Virus record (IMG/VR): IMGVR_UViG_3300037452_000118
Coordinates: 64,814 to 128,813 of that record
Length of the DNA stretch: 64,000 bases
From: a virus
Reading direction: 5' to 3' (one strand)
Shown here: positions 25,299-36,192 of the stretch, piece after piece
How positions within the stretch are numbered: the stretch's first letter is position 1
How the letters are laid out: every line of letters starts with the position of its first letter
The notes under the pieces: generated by a model
What the model saw: the letters and a program-made list of their open reading frames with translations, nothing else
Database searches by the model: none
What the model was told of the DNA's origin: nothing
Translations under genes and position numbers: made by a program

Positions 25299-26318
25299 AT
25301 GGTCACCCGCATCACGATCAACAAGGCGTCGCCGGCCGCGGTCCAGCAGCGCAGCCTGTCGAGCTTCACTCAAAAGCTGATCAGCGTCTCGATTCAACTG
25401 GCCGACAATCCCGGTACTAATCAGCCTAATTTCTTCAATCTGCCCGACGGGTCACAGGCATCATCGGCGACCTTTTCCAACCCTACTACCGGTCAGCAGT
25501 TGCGCACCAGCGTGAGGATTCAAAATTCGGGATCACCATCCTACAGCGCCGCGCAAGTTCGTATCTGGGGGCTGCCGCTATCGGTAGTGAACCAACTTTC
25601 GACGCTGGGTATGCAGCTCAACCTGATCCCGAAAAACAACATCGCGGTGATGGCCGGTGACAGCATTTCCGGACTTTCGACGGTTTTCACCGGGACCATC
25701 CAACAAGCCTACGCCGACTTCAACGCGATGCCGGATACACCGATGTGCTTTGAGTGTCGCTTCGGTCTCGGTCCAGGAACGGCGCTGGCGAAGCCGGGCA
25801 GCTTTCCCGGCTCGCAGAGCGTGGCGAGCATCATGCAGACCTATGCCAAGGCTCTGAGCCTCAATTTCGAGAACAACGGCGTCAACGGCAACCTTTCAAA
25901 GTCATACTTCAAAGGATCGCTGATCGATCAGGTCGCCGCGTGCCGCGACGCCGCCGGCATCGGCGCCGAGTTTGTCGACGGCGGAACGACGCTTGCCATC
26001 TTTCCAAAGTTTGGTTCCCGCGCGACGCAACCTATCCCGGTTATCTCCGCCCCACTATCAGACGGGACCGGCACGATGATCACTTATCCGTCCTACACCC
26101 AGCAAGGTATTTTGGTTCACACGCTGTTCGATCCCGCGATCAAGTTCTTCGGACAAGCGCAAGTCCAAAGCAGCCTATACAAGGCGAGCGGACTCTGGGT
26201 AGTGCACAAGCTCGATCTGGCGCTCGATGCCATGCTGCCGAACGGCGAGTGGAAGGCCGATGTCTACTGCTACGCGCCGGGCAACAAAACCTCGACGCCG
26301 ATCATGCCGCCGCCATGA
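25299..26318 (+). CDS. Baseplate hub protein
   Basis: AQVRIWGL..VFTGTI..AYADF..FENNGV; synteny. Confidence 0.75.
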   Translation: MVTRITINKASPAAVQQRSLSSFTQKLISVSIQLADNPGTNQPNFFNLPDGSQASSATFSNPTTGQQLRTSVRIQNSGSPSYSAAQVRIWGLPLSVVNQLSTLGMQLNLIPKNNIAVMAGDSISGLSTVFTGTIQQAYADFNAMPDTPMCFECRFGLGPGTALAKPGSFPGSQSVASIMQTYAKALSLNFENNGVNGNLSKSYFKGSLIDQVAACRDAAGIGAEFVDGGTTLAIFPKFGSRATQPIPVISAPLSDGTGTMITYPSYTQQGILVHTLFDPAIKFFGQAQVQSSLYKASGLWVVHKLDLALDAMLPNGEWKADVYCYAPGNKTSTPIMPPP

Positions 26319-27028
26319 CCCAAACCGCAGACCAAGGCAGCATCGGGGCCAGCCAGCAGGGGCCGAACGACTCCTCGTCGGAGTACAGCAAGGTCGCCTT
26401 CCTGGTCCGCCAGATTCAGGCCCAGCTCGAGATAATGATGCCGGTCGAGGTTGTGACCTTTCATGCCGGCTCCGGCTCGCCGCCGGGGCCGGGTACCGTC
26501 GATGTTCAGCTCCTCGTCAGCCAGCTCGACGGCAACGGCAATGCGGTACCGCACGGCATCGTTTATGGTCTGCCGTATTGGCGACTACAGGGCGGTCCCT
26601 GGGCCGTGATCCTCGATCCGGCGGCGAACGACTTCGGCTTCATCATCGCGGCATCGCGGGATATCACGTCGGTCCAGGCCAACCCAGGCATCCAGAACCC
26701 GGGATCGCTGCGCAAATACAGCTACAGCGACGGAATTTACCTCGGCGGCATCTTCAACGCCGTCCCGGCGGCGATTCTCTGGCTAAAGTCTGACGGTACC
26801 CTCCAGGTGACCGATGCGCCGGGAAATGTCATAAGCACTTCGGCGGCAGGAATCACGGCGACGCCGGTCAGCGGGGGAGCTTTCATCGTGAACGGTCCGA
26901 TCAACGCTACCGGCAAGATCACGGCGCCCGACTTCTCGGACGGCACTGTCATCAGTATCCTGACCCACACGCATGGCGGCGTTCAAACCGGTAGCGGTAC
27001 GACCGGGCCGCCGACGCCGGGGAGCTGA
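26315..27028 (+). CDS. Baseplate central spike protein
   Basis: VDVQLLVSQLDG..LPYWRLQGG..SDGIYLGG; C-terminal HTHGGVQTGSGTTGPP. Confidence 0.85.
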   Translation: MTQTADQGSIGASQQGPNDSSSEYSKVAFLVRQIQAQLEIMMPVEVVTFHAGSGSPPGPGTVDVQLLVSQLDGNGNAVPHGIVYGLPYWRLQGGPWAVILDPAANDFGFIIAASRDITSVQANPGIQNPGSLRKYSYSDGIYLGGIFNAVPAAILWLKSDGTLQVTDAPGNVISTSAAGITATPVSGGAFIVNGPINATGKITAPDFSDGTVISILTHTHGGVQTGSGTTGPPTPGS

Positions 27029-27034
27029 TGCGCG

Positions 27035-27424
27035 ATGGCAAATGCCTCCCTGCTTTTGGACGCAACATGGGATTTGACGCTCGATAGCAGCGGGAACATC
27101 GCCGTCGTACTGTCGCCGACTTCGCTCGCGCAGGACGCCGCGTCGGCAATCCAAACCTACCTCGGTGAAGTATATCTCGATACCACGGTCGGCGTGCCGT
27201 GGCTGACGCAGGTCCTCGGCGTCAATCCGCCCCCTACGCTGTCGCTGCTGAAGCAGATTTTGGTCACCGCGGCGCTTTCCGCCAACACCGAGATCGCATC
27301 GGCGCAAGTCTTTTTGACCAGCTTCTCAAACCGTTCCGTTGGGGGCCAGGTCCAAGTGATTAGTACGGCTGGCCAGCTTACCGCGGCGGACTTTTCCGTG
27401 GTGAATCCGCAGGGGGCCGGCTGA
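27035..27424 (+). CDS. Baseplate wedge (gp25/gp46-like)
   Basis: [32 protein letters not shown]. Confidence 0.75.
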   Translation: MANASLLLDATWDLTLDSSGNIAVVLSPTSLAQDAASAIQTYLGEVYLDTTVGVPWLTQVLGVNPPPTLSLLKQILVTAALSANTEIASAQVFLTSFSNRSVGGQVQVISTAGQLTAADFSVVNPQGAG

Positions 27425-27425
27425 G

Positions 27426-29315
27426 ATGGCAAACATCGGAACGACGAATGTCCCGGGAATCGTGTGGGGAGCTAATGGCCCGCAGGCGCCGTCTACCGCG
27501 GCTATCCTTGGCGGCGTTCAATCTGACTACAATATAGCCTTCAATATCTCATTCAATTGGAACGGTACGACCCCGCAAGGGCAGTTGACGACGACGACCG
27601 CTGCACTGCTCGCCAATTACAACCAGGTCCTAATTTACTACGCCTCGCAGGTCGACCCGGCCTTCTCGCAGGGCCGGATGCAGGACGCCATCCTGCGCAT
27701 CAACTTCCTCACCCGCAAGCCGGCGCAGTCGACGGTGCTCCAGATTTCCTGCAACGGCGCCGGGGCGTCCATCCCGGCCGGCCCGCTCGTCTACGGCACC
27801 GTCGTCGATTCATCGGGCAACCTCTACCAGTGCACCGGGTCCGGCACGCTGCCCGCGGCCGGCGGCTCGATCGTGCTGTCCTTCGCCGCGGTCACCCCAG
27901 GCCCGATCGCGGTGCCGAGCTCGGTGAAGATATATCAAGCCATCCCTGGGTGGGATTCGGCGGCCGTGATCTCCGGCGTCGTCGGCAACAACACGGAAAC
28001 CTCGCAGCAGGCCGAGCTGAGGCGGCAGCTCTCCGTGGCGGCGAACGCCCGCAATACCAACTCCGCGGTCCTGGGCGCCGTTCTCTCCGTCCCCGGGGTG
28101 CTCGACGCCTACGTCATCGACAACCCGACGAACTCGCCGGCGACGATCGGCGGCTACACCTTGGCGGCGCGCTCGATCTACGTCGCCGTGACGGGGGGCA
28201 TCGCGCAGGCAGTCGGCAACGCGATCTGGACGAAGAAGCCGCCTGGCATCCCGATGAACGGCAACACGTCGGTGACGGTGACCGACCAGAACCCGGCCTA
28301 CTCGCCGCCCTACCCCTCCTACACGATCACCTTCGAGACGCCGGCGCCGCTGCCGGTCTACTTCGCGGTCAACATCGCCAACAGCGGCCTCGTGCCGTCG
28401 AACGCCGCCGCGCAGGTCCAGACCGCCATCGTCAACGCCTTCAACGGGGCGAACACCGGCTCGAGCTTCACCGGCTCCATATCTGGCAACGTGCTCAACG
28501 TGACGGCCGTGGCGTCGGGGACTATCGTCGTCGGCCAATCGCTCGGCGGGGCCGGCGTCGTCCCCGGCACCACGATCTCGGCGCTGCTCACCGGGGCCGG
28601 GAACGCCGGCACCTACATCGTCAGCACGCCGCAGAACGTCGCCTCGACGGCGATGACTACGGCGCCGACGACGAACTTGACGGTGCCGCCGAAGGCCAGG
28701 ATCGGCTCCGTGGTCTACGCCAGCCAGTACGGCGCCGCGGTCGCCGCGCTGGGCTCCTGGGCGGCCGTGAAGTCGATCCTGTGCGGCTCCGCCAACGACT
28801 CCGACGCCGCCTCCGTGGTCGGCTCCATCTCGGGCACCACGCTGACGGTGAGGTCCGTCACGTCCGGCGCGCTCGTCGTCGGGCAGTGGCTCACCGGGTT
28901 CGATTCCAACGGCGCCATCACGCCCGGGACGACGATCGCGGCCTTCAACACCGGGGTCGGCGGCACCGGGACTTACACCGTCAGCAACCCGCAGAACCTC
29001 GGCGGCGCCATCTTCACGGGGACCAACGGGACCGGGGCCACGCTGACCGCGACCGGGGTCAGCGGCACCGTCGGCGTCGGCGACGTCATCTCCGGGATCG
29101 GCGTCCCTTCCGGCACCACGATCACCGGCCAACTGTCCGGCACCATCGGCGGCAACGGCGTCTACACGACGTCGGTCCAGACCAGCTCGTCCGGCGCCAC
29201 GATCACCTGCGGGATACAGATAACGGCGGTCGCCGCGACCCAGAACTTGGTCGCCGTCGGCATAGCGCAGGAGCCGACGATCGCGCCTCAGAACATTTCC
29301 GTAAGCGTCACATGA
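27426..29315 (+). CDS. Baseplate J-like protein with three inserted repeat modules
   Basis: [36 protein letters not shown]. Confidence 0.85.
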   Translation: MANIGTTNVPGIVWGANGPQAPSTAAILGGVQSDYNIAFNISFNWNGTTPQGQLTTTTAALLANYNQVLIYYASQVDPAFSQGRMQDAILRINFLTRKPAQSTVLQISCNGAGASIPAGPLVYGTVVDSSGNLYQCTGSGTLPAAGGSIVLSFAAVTPGPIAVPSSVKIYQAIPGWDSAAVISGVVGNNTETSQQAELRRQLSVAANARNTNSAVLGAVLSVPGVLDAYVIDNPTNSPATIGGYTLAARSIYVAVTGGIAQAVGNAIWTKKPPGIPMNGNTSVTVTDQNPAYSPPYPSYTITFETPAPLPVYFAVNIANSGLVPSNAAAQVQTAIVNAFNGANTGSSFTGSISGNVLNVTAVASGTIVVGQSLGGAGVVPGTTISALLTGAGNAGTYIVSTPQNVASTAMTTAPTTNLTVPPKARIGSVVYASQYGAAVAALGSWAAVKSILCGSANDSDAASVVGSISGTTLTVRSVTSGALVVGQWLTGFDSNGAITPGTTIAAFNTGVGGTGTYTVSNPQNLGGAIFTGTNGTGATLTATGVSGTVGVGDVISGIGVPSGTTITGQLSGTIGGNGVYTTSVQTSSSGATITCGIQITAVAATQNLVAVGIAQEPTIAPQNISVSVT

Positions 29316-29404
29316 ACGAACTCGCGAACCACGCTACAATGCAAGACCGCCGATTCCTTGCAGGGAATCGACGGCCTCTAACCTCAATCCGAACGGAGCG
29401 GACT

Positions 29405-29974
29405 ATGGCTGCACGTGAAGATATTACCGCCGCACTTGTGCGGCAACTGCTCGATTACAATCCACAAACCGGAGAATTAATTTGGAAAATCCGTACGCCG
29501 GATATGTTCTTTAGTTCTGGCAATTGGTCAGCAGAATTGAAGTGCAAGCGCTTCAACGAAACGACCGCAGGGCAGCGCGCCGGATGCTTCAGTAAGGAAG
29601 GCTATTTGCAAGTCAAATTTGGCGGACGCCAATATCGCGCTCACAGGCTGATATGGCTGATCGTATTCGGAGAATTTCCGGCAGAAGAAATTGATCACCT
29701 CAATGGTAAAAGAGATGACAATTCTTTGGCAAATCTTCGTTTGGCCAACCGCTCTGGAAATATGCAAAACAAAGGAAAGGGCGCAAATAATACGAGTGGC
29801 GTCATCGGCGTATATTGGCATAAACCGAGAAACAAATGGCGCGCCATTATCCGGTATAATGGACGAAGAATTGATTTGGGGCGGTTTGATCGAATCGAAG
29901 ATGCTGCCAACGCCTATTTAGAAGCAAAGAAAAAATATCATTCATTTCAGCCGGTCCCGCGGGAGCTTCTCTGA
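29405..29974 (+). CDS. HNH homing endonuclease with AP2-like domain
   Basis: LLDYNPQTG, AHRLIW, IDHLNGKRDDNSLANLR, NTSGVIGVYW..LGRF. Confidence 0.9.
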   Translation: MAAREDITAALVRQLLDYNPQTGELIWKIRTPDMFFSSGNWSAELKCKRFNETTAGQRAGCFSKEGYLQVKFGGRQYRAHRLIWLIVFGEFPAEEIDHLNGKRDDNSLANLRLANRSGNMQNKGKGANNTSGVIGVYWHKPRNKWRAIIRYNGRRIDLGRFDRIEDAANAYLEAKKKYHSFQPVPRELL

Positions 29975-30651
29975 TGCCATATAGCCCAGGGCCCCCGGTA
30001 CCCCACCCCAATCCGGTCCCCGGCAGCAACGCCATCGGGACCTTCGTCATCGGCACATCGCCGATCGGGACGATCCCGCCGTTCGATTGGCTGCAAACGC
30101 TGCTAATGCAGTATGCTAATTCCAAAATTCTTTTCACGCTCTGCAACAACATGGCGCAATACATTGACCCGACGCTAAACCTCGACGAGTTCTTCGATGT
30201 CCTTTGGAATGTGGATACCGCCATCGGAGTGGGTTTAGACAACTGGGGCGCCATCGTCGGCGTCGGCCGCGTTCTGCAGCTGCCCAACATTTCCAGTTTT
30301 TTCGGTTTCGAGGAATCCGGGACGCCGACGACGCGCACCGGGTTCGGACAGTCGTCGTTCTTCAGCGGCCAGAGCGTCACCGGCAACTTCACGCTCACCG
30401 ACGCCGCGTACCGGCCGCTGGTCCTGACGAAGGCTTTGGCGAACATCTGCGACGGATCGATCCCGGCGGTGAACCAGATCCTCATCAACCTTTTCCCCGG
30501 CATCGGGAACAGCTATGTTGCCGACGGGCTCGACATGACGGAAACGTACACCTTCTCGGCGCCGCTCTCCGCGCTCCAGCAGGCGATCGTGCAGAACTCC
30601 GGCGTTCTGCCGCGCACCGTCGGCGTCACCGCCAACGTCTCCTTCCCATGA
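29974..30651 (+). CDS. Baseplate protein (DUF2612-like)
   Basis: QYANS..WNVDTAIGVGLDNWGAIVGV..LTDAAYR..KALANI..VLPRTVGV. Confidence 0.85.
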   Translation: MPYSPGPPVPHPNPVPGSNAIGTFVIGTSPIGTIPPFDWLQTLLMQYANSKILFTLCNNMAQYIDPTLNLDEFFDVLWNVDTAIGVGLDNWGAIVGVGRVLQLPNISSFFGFEESGTPTTRTGFGQSSFFSGQSVTGNFTLTDAAYRPLVLTKALANICDGSIPAVNQILINLFPGIGNSYVADGLDMTETYTFSAPLSALQQAIVQNSGVLPRTVGVTANVSFP

Positions 30652-30666
30652 CGAGGGGAAAAGAAA

Positions 30667-31836
30667 ATGCAGTCCGCTAACATCCCGGTGAAAATAACGG
30701 TGACGTGGGGAGCCTCCGCCCCCGCCGGCGACATCACCTACCCGATGCCGGTGCCCTCGCAGATTTCCATCACCCCGGGGCGGGCCTCGTTCACCGACGG
30801 TTTCCCGCCGGACAATTTTTTGCCGCCGGGAGGCGGCGGCGTCCCGCCGTTCGGGCAGGACTTCAACGGCATCGTGTCGCAGATCACGCGCTGGACGCAG
30901 TGGCAGAACGCCGGGGCGCAGATTCTCTACGATCCTTCGTTCTCCTCCGCCGTCGGCGGCTACCCGAAGTGGGCGATGCTCGCCAACGCGGCGACGCCCG
31001 GCCTGTTCTGGGTCTCCACCGTCGAGAACAACACCAGCGACCCAGATACCGGCGGCGCGAACTGGGCCAACCCAGGCCTTTTCGCCGGCGGCACCGTGGT
31101 CGGCACATGGCCGTCGCTGACCATCACGAACTCGGGGGTGACCGCAGGGACTTACACCAACCCGACCATCACGGTCGGCGCCGACGGCCGCGTCTCGGCG
31201 GTGGCGAGCGGCACGTTCCCGACGTACTCGACGCTGACCAGCGGGACGAGCGCGACGTACACTACCCCGGCCGGGGCGAAGCGGCTCAAGATCAGGATGG
31301 TGGGCGGGGGCGGCGCCGGGGAGAACCCGCCCAGCACGGCCGGCGGCAACGGCGGCCAAACGTCCTTCGGCTCGACCACGGCGAACGGCGGGGCCGGCGG
31401 CGCCTCCAGCATCCCGTCCGCCGGCGGGACCGGCGGCACGACAGGGACCGGGACACAGATCGTTAGGTTCGCGGGCGGCGGCGGCGGCGGCGGCTGGAAC
31501 GTCAATGTGGCCGCCGCCAGCACCCAGGCCATCATCGCCGGCGCGGCCGGCGGCGTCAGCCCCTTCGGGGGCGCCGGAGCAAATTCTGGATACACCGGCA
31601 ACGGCGTCGCGGCGGCGGCGAACACCGGGTCCGGCGGCAGCGGCGGACCATACGCGGCCAACTCCACTGGATCGTTCACCGGCGCGTCGGGCGGGGGCGC
31701 CGGGGAATACGTCGAGTTCGCCATCAACAACCCAGCGGCGACCTACATCTACACGGTCGGGGCCGGGGGCGCCGCGACCGGAAGCGCCGGCGCCGGCGCG
31801 GCGGGGGTCATCGCGATCGAGGTGTGCTATGAGTAA
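30667..31836 (+). CDS. Tail fibre protein, Gly-rich C-terminus
   Basis: ASFTDGFPP..GGVPPFGQDFNG..GGYPK N-terminal anchor. Confidence 0.8.
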   Translation: MQSANIPVKITVTWGASAPAGDITYPMPVPSQISITPGRASFTDGFPPDNFLPPGGGGVPPFGQDFNGIVSQITRWTQWQNAGAQILYDPSFSSAVGGYPKWAMLANAATPGLFWVSTVENNTSDPDTGGANWANPGLFAGGTVVGTWPSLTITNSGVTAGTYTNPTITVGADGRVSAVASGTFPTYSTLTSGTSATYTTPAGAKRLKIRMVGGGGAGENPPSTAGGNGGQTSFGSTTANGGAGGASSIPSAGGTGGTTGTGTQIVRFAGGGGGGGWNVNVAAASTQAIIAGAAGGVSPFGGAGANSGYTGNGVAAAANTGSGGSGGPYAANSTGSFTGASGGGAGEYVEFAINNPAATYIYTVGAGGAATGSAGAGAAGVIAIEVCYE

Positions 31837-31865
31837 GGCCAGAATCCGCGGTACGAGGTGAAGGC

Positions 31866-34800
31866 ATGAACAGGATCGCATCGCTCATCTTCGGCATGTT
31901 GGCGCTGTTCTTCCTCGCCGCCCCGGCCGCCGCGCAATCTGGATGCCAATATATCGCCCCTGGCGCCATCCTCACGACGGCGCAGTGGCAGTACTGCTTC
32001 CAGCAGAAGGAGGACTTCCTCGGCTTCACGCCGATCAACCCCGCCAACCTCGTCGGCGTCCCGCCGATCACGGTGACGCCGACGGCCGGCGTCGTCCAGG
32101 TCGGGATCAACAACTTCACCGGAGCCAGCTCGCTGCTCAACGGCGCCGCCGGCGTGGTACCTATGCCGCTCGCCGGCCAGCAAAGCTACGTTCTCCTCGG
32201 CTCGGGTGGGTGGGGAGCGCCTCCGGTCGGCGGTTACGCCAGCGTCGGGGCATATGGAGTCCTCTTCGACGAATACCAATACACCGGCACCCTCACGGTG
32301 GCGGCGTCCGCCAATCCGACCCTCACGCTCGGCGGCGGCGGCGTCGTGGCGGGAAGCTGCAACGCCGGGTCCGGCATCTCCATCCCGGGAGCGGGATCGA
32401 CGACCTACAACACCGGCCCGTCGCATCCGACCCCGTTCAACACGACGGTCACGGCCAAGACTGACGCGAACCATCTCGTCATCAGCGGCACGCCGGGAAC
32501 GGCGCTGTCCGGCGGCACCGGCACGATCACCTGCGGCACCGACAACACCGTCAATCTTCAAAAGGCATATACGGCCAACAACGGCGTCTATTATCCGGCG
32601 GGACAATCCTTCTACGTCGCCGGCAAGATCACGGTGCCGGGAGGGCGCGCCACCTGGGCGCAGACCGCGTCGCTTCTGGTGAGCGGCGGCCGCTTCACGT
32701 CGTGCAACGTCAACAACGTGTCGTATTTGCTCGATCAGGGCGCGACGATGCAATCGCTTGGGATGGAGGACGAGACCTCGTATCCGACCGGCTGCTCGGG
32801 ATGGGTGATCCCAGAACGCGGTTTCATCGAGTTCGGCGGCGTCGGCCCGGCGCCTTCGACTATCTCCATCGGCTTCACGGTGCGCGGTCCCGGCCTGATC
32901 ACCGGGCCATGGTCCGGCACGCCGAGCTTCAGCGATCCCAACTTCCAACAGAATCAAATGGGAGTGACGATCCAGTTCGCCGACCTCGTCCGCGTCGAGG
33001 GCGTCGAGATTTCGCACTTTCAGGGCCAGGGCGCGTTCTTCCAAGGCTATTACGTCTCCGGCGCGGCTCCGGCCGTTTCGGTCCAGTTCAACTACAACAA
33101 CATCCACGACATTCGGGGGCCCGACGGGGCCAACTTCAACCTTGCCTGCTCGACGGTGCCGCAAAACGGCTTCGCGATGATCGGCAACCATTTCACGAAC
33201 ACTTACACGGCGATCGAGTCGCCGGCCGGCACGGTCCTCGGCAACTGGACCAACACCTCGTACTATTCCGGCATCCTCGACGGCTTCGGCTGCGGCATCG
33301 GCCCGAGCACGAAGATCGCCAACGTCGTCACCGGCGTCCTCGGCATCGGCGACAGCACGCACGGCGTCGGCATCGACGCGCGCTATGCGCCGCCCAACAC
33401 GGGTTACGGTGCCTTCATCCCGATGGTCAACGAAACGATCCAGAACAACTTCGTCTCGCAAGCGGCGGGGGACTGCTACGGGACGCTTGAGATCACGCAG
33501 TGGTCGTTCGAGGGCAACACCTGCGATGCCTGGGGCTCGACGGGCGGCTCGTTCACGAACAATCCGGGTTGGGCTTCGCCGGCGACCCTGTCGAGCGCGA
33601 CATGGGTGACGACCGGCACGAATACCGGCACCGTTACCTTCACGTTCGCGACCAACTCTGGCATCGTCCCAGGAGATTATTTCAACATCACCGGAATGAC
33701 GACGGTCGGCTACAACGGTTATTTCGTGGCCACCACGGTCGGCTCTGGAGGAACCGTCGTCACCGCGCCGCTCGACGTCGCCAGTCTGACGTCGCCGGCA
33801 ACGGTAGGTGCGGGCCATCTTCTCGCTTACACGCCCTACGCCTTCAACATCGAGTACAGCACCTACGGCAACGTCGGCATCAACAATCTTGCGGTGAACC
33901 CCGGCGGCCAAGCCGGACAGGCATGGTTTGCCAACGCCGCCATCACCGGCAACCAGTTCGCGCCGAACTGCCAGCTCAACACCGGCGAAGTTTACGTCGG
34001 CGCAAGCGGGCAAGCTCCGCTGTGCGCGGCGAACCCGACCCTCGGCTATCCCGGCGCTTACGGTTCGTTGTCCTTCGGCAACATCGGCGCTTCGATCTTG
34101 GAGAACTCCTCCGGACAGCTGGTGATACAGCTTGGGACGAGCAACAAATTGCTCTTCGAGACGAACGGTGCCGCGGAGATTTTCGACTTCGGGGTCACGA
34201 CATCCGGCAAAATCACGATCGCGACGGTGACGGTCGTCACGAACACCATGACGTTCAACACCGGGGATCTGATAATCAACGGTGGATCGGCCACGGCGGG
34301 AATAGCGACCGTCACATCTGGTGGTGTCGTCAGCAGCGAGGCGGTTGCGACTAATTTTGTCACGTCGCTCGGGAATGCCTCTGCCGACACGACCTTGACG
34401 ATTGCCGGGACCGGAAGCGGTCCCTGGACCGGCGCGGTGACGGTGAAATGCACGGTCGCGTCGTCGTCGCAAGTCGGCTGTTCTGAGCCGGACAATGTGA
34501 CGATCAAGATCGCCGGCGGCAACCAATATGCCGCTCAATATCCGACGTCCGGCGATCTCATGTTGTCTGCTGGCAACGGCGCAGTTCCGACGGCATATGG
34601 CGGTACTTCGAGCGCGGGCAACGTCTTGACTGCACTTAGCGCCGCAGGTGCCGGCAGCTTTCTTGCTTATACCAATCTCAATACAGCCTCGACGCTTGTC
34701 GAACGCGATGGAAGCGGCAACTTCTCTGCAGGAACGATCACGGCGTCGTTGACTGGCGGCGCATCGCTTGATCTTCCGCTCACGGCTGGCAGCGGTTCTC

Positions 34801-35282
34801 CACTAACTGGAGGCCTTTACACCATCGCCGGGACGGCGGCGGCTCCCGCGATCCATCTTGGCAGCAACGCGACCGGGCTTTATTCGACTGCCGTGGGAAA
34901 CATCGCCATTTCCGTCAACGGCTCCGTCGCGCTCGACTACAACATCACGACGGCGAGCCTGTGGACGTTTAACAATAATATCAACGTTCCAGTCAACGAC
35001 GGCTATTTCATAGGCGGATCAGGCGTCCTGTCGGCTGGGTCGGTGTTCACGACATTGCAAGCCGCGGCGGCCACAACGCCCTCTACCATCGTGCTCGGCA
35101 GCGCCGTCATTTATGAGCGGACCAATACGTCGGGCGTGCTCTACACGAACAACGGCCTCGGCGGCGGCGACATAGCCAGCGTGGCCAGCAAGACATGCAC
35201 GATCAGCACGGCGGGGTTGGCCAGCGCCAATACGGTGCTCACAATCGTCAACGGCAGAATTGTCGGAACAACCGGATGTTGA
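31866..35282 (+). CDS. Tail spike/adhesin-like protein with probable beta-helix and signal-peptide-like N-terminus
   Basis: CGTDNTVNLQKA..VYYPAG, Asn/Gly/Thr-rich repeats, TLVERDGSGNFSAGTITA. Confidence 0.7.
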   Translation: MNRIASLIFGMLALFFLAAPAAAQSGCQYIAPGAILTTAQWQYCFQQKEDFLGFTPINPANLVGVPPITVTPTAGVVQVGINNFTGASSLLNGAAGVVPMPLAGQQSYVLLGSGGWGAPPVGGYASVGAYGVLFDEYQYTGTLTVAASANPTLTLGGGGVVAGSCNAGSGISIPGAGSTTYNTGPSHPTPFNTTVTAKTDANHLVISGTPGTALSGGTGTITCGTDNTVNLQKAYTANNGVYYPAGQSFYVAGKITVPGGRATWAQTASLLVSGGRFTSCNVNNVSYLLDQGATMQSLGMEDETSYPTGCSGWVIPERGFIEFGGVGPAPSTISIGFTVRGPGLITGPWSGTPSFSDPNFQQNQMGVTIQFADLVRVEGVEISHFQGQGAFFQGYYVSGAAPAVSVQFNYNNIHDIRGPDGANFNLACSTVPQNGFAMIGNHFTNTYTAIESPAGTVLGNWTNTSYYSGILDGFGCGIGPSTKIANVVTGVLGIGDSTHGVGIDARYAPPNTGYGAFIPMVNETIQNNFVSQAAGDCYGTLEITQWSFEGNTCDAWGSTGGSFTNNPGWASPATLSSATWVTTGTNTGTVTFTFATNSGIVPGDYFNITGMTTVGYNGYFVATTVGSGGTVVTAPLDVASLTSPATVGAGHLLAYTPYAFNIEYSTYGNVGINNLAVNPGGQAGQAWFANAAITGNQFAPNCQLNTGEVYVGASGQAPLCAANPTLGYPGAYGSLSFGNIGASILENSSGQLVIQLGTSNKLLFETNGAAEIFDFGVTTSGKITIATVTVVTNTMTFNTGDLIINGGSATAGIATVTSGGVVSSEAVATNFVTSLGNASADTTLTIAGTGSGPWTGAVTVKCTVASSSQVGCSEPDNVTIKIAGGNQYAAQYPTSGDLMLSAGNGAVPTAYGGTSSAGNVLTALSAAGAGSFLAYTNLNTASTLVERDGSGNFSAGTITASLTGGASLDLPLTAGSGSPLTGGLYTIAGTAAAPAIHLGSNATGLYSTAVGNIAISVNGSVALDYNITTASLWTFNNNINVPVNDGYFIGGSGVLSAGSVFTTLQAAAATTPSTIVLGSAVIYERTNTSGVLYTNNGLGGGDIASVASKTCTISTAGLASANTVLTIVNGRIVGTTGC

Positions 35283-35343
35283 GGCATCTAGATATTTGAC
35301 GACGCATAGGATAAACGTCTTTCCGTCAACAGGGAGAAAGTTC

Positions 35344-35826
35344 ATGCGCCTTTCGGTTCTTGCCGCCGTACTTGCCGCCGCACTCGTCGTTTCCGCTTCG
35401 GCTGAGGACGCCCCGAAGCCCAAGCTGACTATCCTGCAATGCCTCACCGTCCTGAAGGGGCTCGCGGCGCTGAACTGCGTCGGCCAGCAGCTCGACGCCG
35501 TTTGCCCGGCGGACGCGAAGCAGTACAAGCTCGGTTCGCTGCGCTTGGTCGTCGCCATGAACACAGCGCGGCTTCAGGACGTGGCGAACTCAGTGCAGCG
35601 CGCCCGCGACGGCTTCAACGCCGAGCAGCCGATCCCGAAAGATACCGACGGCGTCAACGAGCGTGGCAAAAAAATTCAGGATAACTGGAACAAGATCATC
35701 GACGCCGAGTGCCCGGTCGCGCCTGGCCGCATCAAACTCGATGAGTTGAAAGTCGGAGACGGGCCGGATCAGAACGCGATCCCGCCCGGCGTCATCGGCG
35801 CCTTGGAACCCATCATCGATCCCTGA
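35344..35826 (+). CDS. Hypothetical protein with signal peptide
   Basis: GGAG SD; MRLSVLAAVLAAALVVSASA. Confidence 0.7.
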   Translation: MRLSVLAAVLAAALVVSASAEDAPKPKLTILQCLTVLKGLAALNCVGQQLDAVCPADAKQYKLGSLRLVVAMNTARLQDVANSVQRARDGFNAEQPIPKDTDGVNERGKKIQDNWNKIIDAECPVAPGRIKLDELKVGDGPDQNAIPPGVIGALEPIIDP

Positions 35827-35850
35827 TCTACATATAACGGAGTTTGACGG

Positions 35851-36174
35851 ATGAAGACCACCATCCTCGCAATCATCGCGTTCCTGTTCACCTCCGCAGC
35901 TTTCGCGCAGCCGACAACGCCGCGCTCCGTTCCTATTCCCGGGGCGTGGTGGAACACCCTGGAGAGCGTCAAAGGGAAGTGCGGCCGCATCGAACTGAGC
36001 GAGCCGTTGACGCCGGACAAGGTGAAGAACGAGAACGGCGCCTACTCGATCATGCTCGGCGGCGCCTGGACGGACGTGTCCCCGGACGCGGTAGTGAAGG
36101 CCGACAACCCCTACAAGAACTCGCTGCTCTGGACGGTCCCGAACACTCAGACTATCCTTTGCTTTCTGCCGTGA
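35851..36174 (+). CDS. Hypothetical protein with signal peptide
   Basis: MKTTILAIIAFLFTSAAFA-Q. Confidence 0.7.
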   Translation: MKTTILAIIAFLFTSAAFAQPTTPRSVPIPGAWWNTLESVKGKCGRIELSEPLTPDKVKNENGAYSIMLGGAWTDVSPDAVVKADNPYKNSLLWTVPNTQTILCFLP

Positions 36175-36192
36175 TCAAGTTGGAGGATTGAA

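Noticed and set aside
27557-29404. 805-aa ORF suggesting a large HNH fusion
   Set aside because: The upstream part is an off-frame shadow of baseplate J; the HNH has its own GGAG SD and ATG at 29405
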